A stretch of DNA of 38,989 nt, taken from the IMG/VR virus record IMGVR_UViG_3300048930_000687. One strand, written 5' to 3'. Shown piece after piece: positions 35,854-38,989 of this stretch. Each line of letters starts with the position of its first letter. Positions within the stretch are counted from its first letter, which is position 1. This DNA comes from a virus. A model generated the notes under the pieces. It ran no database searches, was not told where the DNA came from, and saw nothing but the letters and a program-made list of their open reading frames with translations. A program made the translations under genes and the position numbers.

Positions 35854-36167
35854 GGGGTGTCCTCGATGCCGCTGTCGCGCGACGTGATGGGGCTAGGAGC
35901 GCTTGCGGCGCCTTGGGTGGCACTGGACTGCCGGGCCGCGCCTGCTGGGCCTTGTGGGGCGTCCTGCGGGGTCGTGATGATGCGGCTGCGCATCTCCAAC
36001 CGCATGGCCTCCGCCTCCAGGTCGCCGAGGAGGAGCAGCAGGCGCGCGAGGGCGTCAAGCGCCAGGGTGCGCTCCCACCCGACCTGCGCCGCGACCAGGT
36101 CGTCGAGGCGACGGTGCATCTCCTTGGCGACCGCCGTTCGGCGTTCGGGGATGCTCGCAGGCGTCAC
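35850..36167 (-). CDS. Hypothetical protein
   Basis: GTG start with GGAGG RBS and GTGA coupling, inside track ORF 35850-36308. Confidence 0.4.
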   Translation of the reverse strand: MTPASIPERRTAVAKEMHRRLDDLVAAQVGWERTLALDALARLLLLLGDLEAEAMRLEMRSRIITTPQDAPQGPAGAARQSSATQGAASAPSPITSRDSGIEDTP

Positions 36168-36391
36168 GGCGCTGCCTCCGTGGCATCCTGCGAGCCTGTG
36201 GCGAGTTGGTCTCGAATCTCCCCGAACGCTCCTCGCCAGGTCGAGTACGTGTTGCTGACTTGCCGGCGTTCCCGTAACACCCCGAACGCGCGCTGGTAGA
36301 CGCGCCATTCATCACTCCCGTCCTTGGCGAGGTCCCGGTCGAGCCACATGCCGTGCGCGGCCAGGACGGTCTGCGCCTCCCACAGCGTCAC
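36164..36391 (-). CDS. Hypothetical protein (75 aa)
   Basis: GTG start overlapping the RusA stop (GTGA), inside track ORF 36164-36622. Confidence 0.4.
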   Translation of the reverse strand: MTLWEAQTVLAAHGMWLDRDLAKDGSDEWRVYQRAFGVLRERRQVSNTYSTWRGAFGEIRDQLATGSQDATEAAP

Positions 36392-36735
36392 GAGAGCGCC
36401 TCCACCGTCACGAGCACGCGCCCGGGCGCCTCGGGGTAGGCGCGGATGATGCTCAGCTCGTCGATCTGGCTGTCGTCGTCGAAGATGCACGCGAACGTGA
36501 GGGCGTCCAGGATGCCCTTGTGCAGGTTGTCCAGGTCGCGTCTCCTTCGGTCGGGTGGGTAGGCGATGACGCTCACGCGCACCCTGGCAGGGCCGAGGCG
36601 CGGGGCGGACTGCTCCAGGCATGCGGCGATGGCCGCACCGCGGTACTCGCGAGCTTTAGCGCTCAGGACCGTGCGGCTGCCCACGCGCCGCCAGTACGTG
36701 TTCACACTCGGCGGGAACGGCAGGGTCAGGGTCAC
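36388..36735 (-). CDS. rusA: RusA-family Holliday junction resolvase
   Basis: Motifs PPSVNTYW and DLDNLHKGILDAL characteristic of RusA; GTG start with GGGGAGG RBS. Confidence 0.85.
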   Translation of the reverse strand: MTLTLPFPPSVNTYWRRVGSRTVLSAKAREYRGAAIAACLEQSAPRLGPARVRVSVIAYPPDRRRRDLDNLHKGILDALTFACIFDDDSQIDELSIIRAYPEAPGRVLVTVEALS

Positions 36736-36787
36736 TGGTCGCCTCCCCTCTTGTCGCGCAGCCTCTCGGTCTCGGCAGCGCGCCTCC

Positions 36788-37111
36788 TCACGGTCGCGCC
36801 TCTATCTCGTGCCATGCATCCGGTGGCAGGCTGGTCTCGCGTTGACCGAGCACCAGACCGTCGAATCGCCACATCTGGCCCGTCCAGACTGCGCGGGTGG
36901 TGAGTGCGCCCCAGGTGGCGATGACGAGCGTGCCGGGGCGTGGTGGGCAGGGGCGCGTCAGGCCGTCAGACGCGCCGTTGAGGGTGCAGTAGGCGAGCCT
37001 CGTGGGGTACCTGTTGCGCTCTCCCATCCACGTGCCGAGGAGCATGCCGACGAACGCCGTGGCGAGCGCCACCACGACGATGGTCCAACGAGCAGACGCG
37101 GCGCGGGTCAC
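36788..37111 (-). CDS. Hypothetical membrane protein
   Basis: N-terminal TM helix WTIVVVALATAFVGMLLGTW; GTG start with GTGA coupling. Confidence 0.4.
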   Translation of the reverse strand: MTRAASARWTIVVVALATAFVGMLLGTWMGERNRYPTRLAYCTLNGASDGLTRPCPPRPGTLVIATWGALTTRAVWTGQMWRFDGLVLGQRETSLPPDAWHEIEARP

Positions 37112-37326
37112 GTCGTCTCCTCTCTCGCGTGCCGACAGTCGATGCAGTCGCAGCGGAGGCCGTCGCGTCGTGCCTGCCGGCCGCGCTCGAACGCATCCCG
37201 GATTCGCGCTTGAGACGCGATGCTCTCGACGAGGAGCCGCGCGAGCCCCCCCTGGTCGCCGTGGTAACCGGCGCCGACGGCGGCCGTCAGCTCGGTGTCA
37301 CGCCGGGACGTTCGCGCGCGGCTCAT
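37108..37326 (-). CDS. Hypothetical protein with CDCIDC motif (72 aa)
   Basis: Internal ATG with GGGGGAGAGG RBS; ATGA coupling. Confidence 0.45.
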   Translation of the reverse strand: MSRARTSRRDTELTAAVGAGYHGDQGGLARLLVESIASQARIRDAFERGRQARRDGLRCDCIDCRHAREETT

Positions 37327-37619
37327 GCCTCTCCCCCTCTCGCCTTGGCCAGTGCCGCCTCGGCGGTCTTGTCGCGTTCGCAGTCGTTGCAGGCGGGGTG
37401 ATTGCAACCGCACTTGTGACGCCCGTAGTACGCCTCTAGGGCGTCGGACAGGTCGGCCACCTGGTCGCGGAGCGCCAGTTCCCGCGCGCCGTGTTCGGCT
37501 GCCCGGTCCATCCATTGGTTCCGCTCGCCCTTCGCTTCGAGCCACCACTGCTTGTACTGGTCACGCTGTCGGACCACGACCTGGTACGAGGGCGGCGGCG
37601 GCAGAGGGGGGCCGCTCAT
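37323..37619 (-). CDS. Hypothetical protein with C-terminal CGCNHPACNDC Cys cluster
   Basis: Internal ATG with GAGGAGG RBS, inside track ORF 37323-37718. Confidence 0.45.
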   Translation of the reverse strand: MSGPPLPPPPSYQVVVRQRDQYKQWWLEAKGERNQWMDRAAEHGARELALRDQVADLSDALEAYYGRHKCGCNHPACNDCERDKTAEAALAKARGGEA

Positions 37620-37843
37620 GCTTGCGCCTCCTCGGCCTGCCGGCGCCGGTCCAACTCGGCGATGAGGAGGTCCGCGAACCTGACGGATTCGGTCACGATG
37701 TGGGCTTCGTCCCGCCACTCCACCCCACCAGGGCGGCCGTGCCCGGCGAGCACCCCGGCCAGCACGGCTGTCGCGATGGCCTCGCGCCGCGCGGCACGCG
37801 CACGGATAGCCGCGAGGGCCTCTTCACGCGCGAAGAGGGTCAC
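37616..37843 (-). CDS. Hypothetical protein (75 aa)
   Basis: GTG start with GTGA coupling, inside track ORF 37616-37945; weak RBS. Confidence 0.35.
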   Translation of the reverse strand: MTLFAREEALAAIRARAARREAIATAVLAGVLAGHGRPGGVEWRDEAHIVTESVRFADLLIAELDRRRQAEEAQA

Positions 37844-38052
37844 GCGGGCACCACGGTGCGGCACGCGCACTGCTCGGTTGGCTTGCCGTGCTTGGCGCAA
37901 GCCGCCGCCCAGTCGCCTTTGCGCGGGTAGATGTCGTTCTCGCACCTGTACGTGATCGCGAACGGCACGCGCGGCACTATGCGCTCCTCTGTCGGCTCCT
38001 CGACTCGGCGGTAGAACTCGTCGGCTGTGAGGCCGGTCACTATGCGGTTCAT
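37840..38052 (-). CDS. Hypothetical protein (70 aa) with Cys pairs
   Basis: Internal ATG with AAAGGAG RBS, inside track ORF 37840-38244. Confidence 0.45.
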   Translation of the reverse strand: MNRIVTGLTADEFYRRVEEPTEERIVPRVPFAITYRCENDIYPRKGDWAAACAKHGKPTEQCACRTVVPA

Positions 38053-38600
38053 GCGGTTGCTCCTTTCAAGGCGTCGGCGAGCCGCGATGCGAGGCTCTGG
38101 CCGGTGAGGACTTGGTGGGTGACGGTGGGGATGTCGGCGGTGAGTTGGGCTTCCCAGAGAAGCGTGTTGAGCCTGGTCCATTTGGCGAGGATTGCGGCGT
38201 GCTCGTCGGCAGGACTGGTCCAGGCGGCGTCGTAGGTGGGCCAAAGGTCGTCGAGTTGCTGTTGGTACCAGTCGATGGCCTCAAGGAGTTTTTCGGGCGG
38301 CATGGTGGTGAAGGCGGGTGTTTGGGCGCGTCCGTGTTGGCGGATGGCGATTTCGAGTTGGGTGGCGAGTTTGCAGATTTCGCGTTGGGCGTGATCGGTG
38401 TTGGTGGTGGGGGTGTTGGTTCGTTCGGCCCAGGCGTTGATCTCAGCTTCGGTGCAGAGCCAGGCTCGGGCGGTGCGGGTGAGGTCGTCGCCGGTGAGTC
38501 CAGCGGCTTTGAGCATGTCGAGGATGTCGAGGCTGATCTCGAGCTCGGTGGATGTGTGGGGGCTTTTTAGGGGGGTTGCGGTGGTCGGTAGGTTGGTCAT
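38049..38600 (-). CDS. Hypothetical protein, first gene of the early-right operon
   Basis: 183 aa; ATG preceded by CGGAGGT; directly downstream of the iteron region. Confidence 0.5.
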   Translation of the reverse strand: MTNLPTTATPLKSPHTSTELEISLDILDMLKAAGLTGDDLTRTARAWLCTEAEINAWAERTNTPTTNTDHAQREICKLATQLEIAIRQHGRAQTPAFTTMPPEKLLEAIDWYQQQLDDLWPTYDAAWTSPADEHAAILAKWTRLNTLLWEAQLTADIPTVTHQVLTGQSLASRLADALKGATA

Positions 38601-38614
38601 TTCTGGACCTCCGG

Positions 38615-38862
38615 GTTGCGGTCACGCGTGAAAGCGTGACCGGTCACGGGTTCGGACACGCGTTTTTTGCGTGCTGGACAGTTGGTCACGCGAGTCACGC
38701 ATTTTGCTGAGTTGTGTGTGCCTATATGCGTAAGGACGTGGACGCGGTCAGAATGCCCCCGCGTACCCTTGTCTTCTCTTATGTAAGACCCTCTTATGTA
38801 TAAGTCGTGACTAGCGTGACCTTGCGTCAGGCACGCAAACGATGGCGTGACCGAAACGTGAC
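38615..38862. promoter_or_regulatory. Candidate replication origin and early promoter region (iterons, palindromes, A/T-rich island)
   Basis: At least ten GTCACG / CGTGAC half-sites; palindrome GTCACGC-gtgaaa-GCGTGAC; A/T-rich segment with direct repeat CTCTTATGTA twice; lies between the primase 3' end and the early-right operon. Confidence 0.5.
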
Positions 38863-38989
38863 CGGTCACGCGTGAAAGCGTCACCGCTTGCCTCCGTACC
38901 AGGTCGATTGCGTGTTGCCGAGCGCGGCACGTCGCAGTTGCTCGTCGAGGTATTCGAGCGCGCCGAGGTCGCAGCGTGCTGGCGCCATG
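38863..38989. repeat. Terminal direct repeat, identical to 1-127
   Basis: Read directly from sequence. Confidence 0.9.

Noticed and set aside
38615-38862. CRISPR-like array suggested by repeated GTCACG motifs
   Set aside because: Repeats are 6 to 7 bp, irregularly spaced and partly palindromic; no regular repeat-spacer periodicity and no cas genes
38597-38884. 95-aa minus-strand ORF across the iteron region
   Set aside because: Lies entirely in repeat-rich non-coding-like sequence with no RBS; more likely origin or promoter DNA

Overview
The window reads as a complete, circularly closed genome of a high-G+C temperate siphovirus-like phage (or excised prophage): bases 1-127 are identical to 38863-38989, so the unique length is about 38.86 kb. 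All calls come from reading the sequence and the six-frame track by eye; no homology search or computation was run, and non-coding coordinates are hand-counted (about +/-2 bp). Layout: (i) a leftward early operon, 7329 down to 19, running from an excisionase-family HTH gene through small coupled genes, a DnaJ-like zinc-finger protein and a RecD-like helicase to a primase-helicase fusion; (ii) a divergent switch region (7330-7422) and a rightward LexA/cI-like repressor that is split between two frames at a G6 run; (iii) a visibly lower-G+C three-gene cassette (8223-11361: ParB-like protein, unknown nuclease-like protein, C5 cytosine methyltransferase), which I consider the best candidate for an undescribed defence or restriction-modification-like system; (iv) a tyrosine integrase with an adjacent tRNA 3' fragment (attP) flanked by GGTAGCA-type direct repeats; (v) small plus-strand membrane and secreted-protein genes that look like morons; (vi) a leftward lysis cassette with unusual hairpin-plus-RBS modules; (vii) a leftward SPP1-like late operon (34478 down to 16584: terminases, portal, head morphogenesis, HNH, scaffold, capsid, tail genes with a G/GT frameshift, tape measure, tail tip and fibre); (viii) a second leftward early operon (38600 down to 34733) with RusA and many small Cys-rich proteins; (ix) an iteron- and palindrome-rich origin-like region (38615-38862) beside the 3' end of the primase gene. 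No rRNA, intact tRNA or CRISPR array was seen. Many long antisense ORFs in the track are G+C artefacts.
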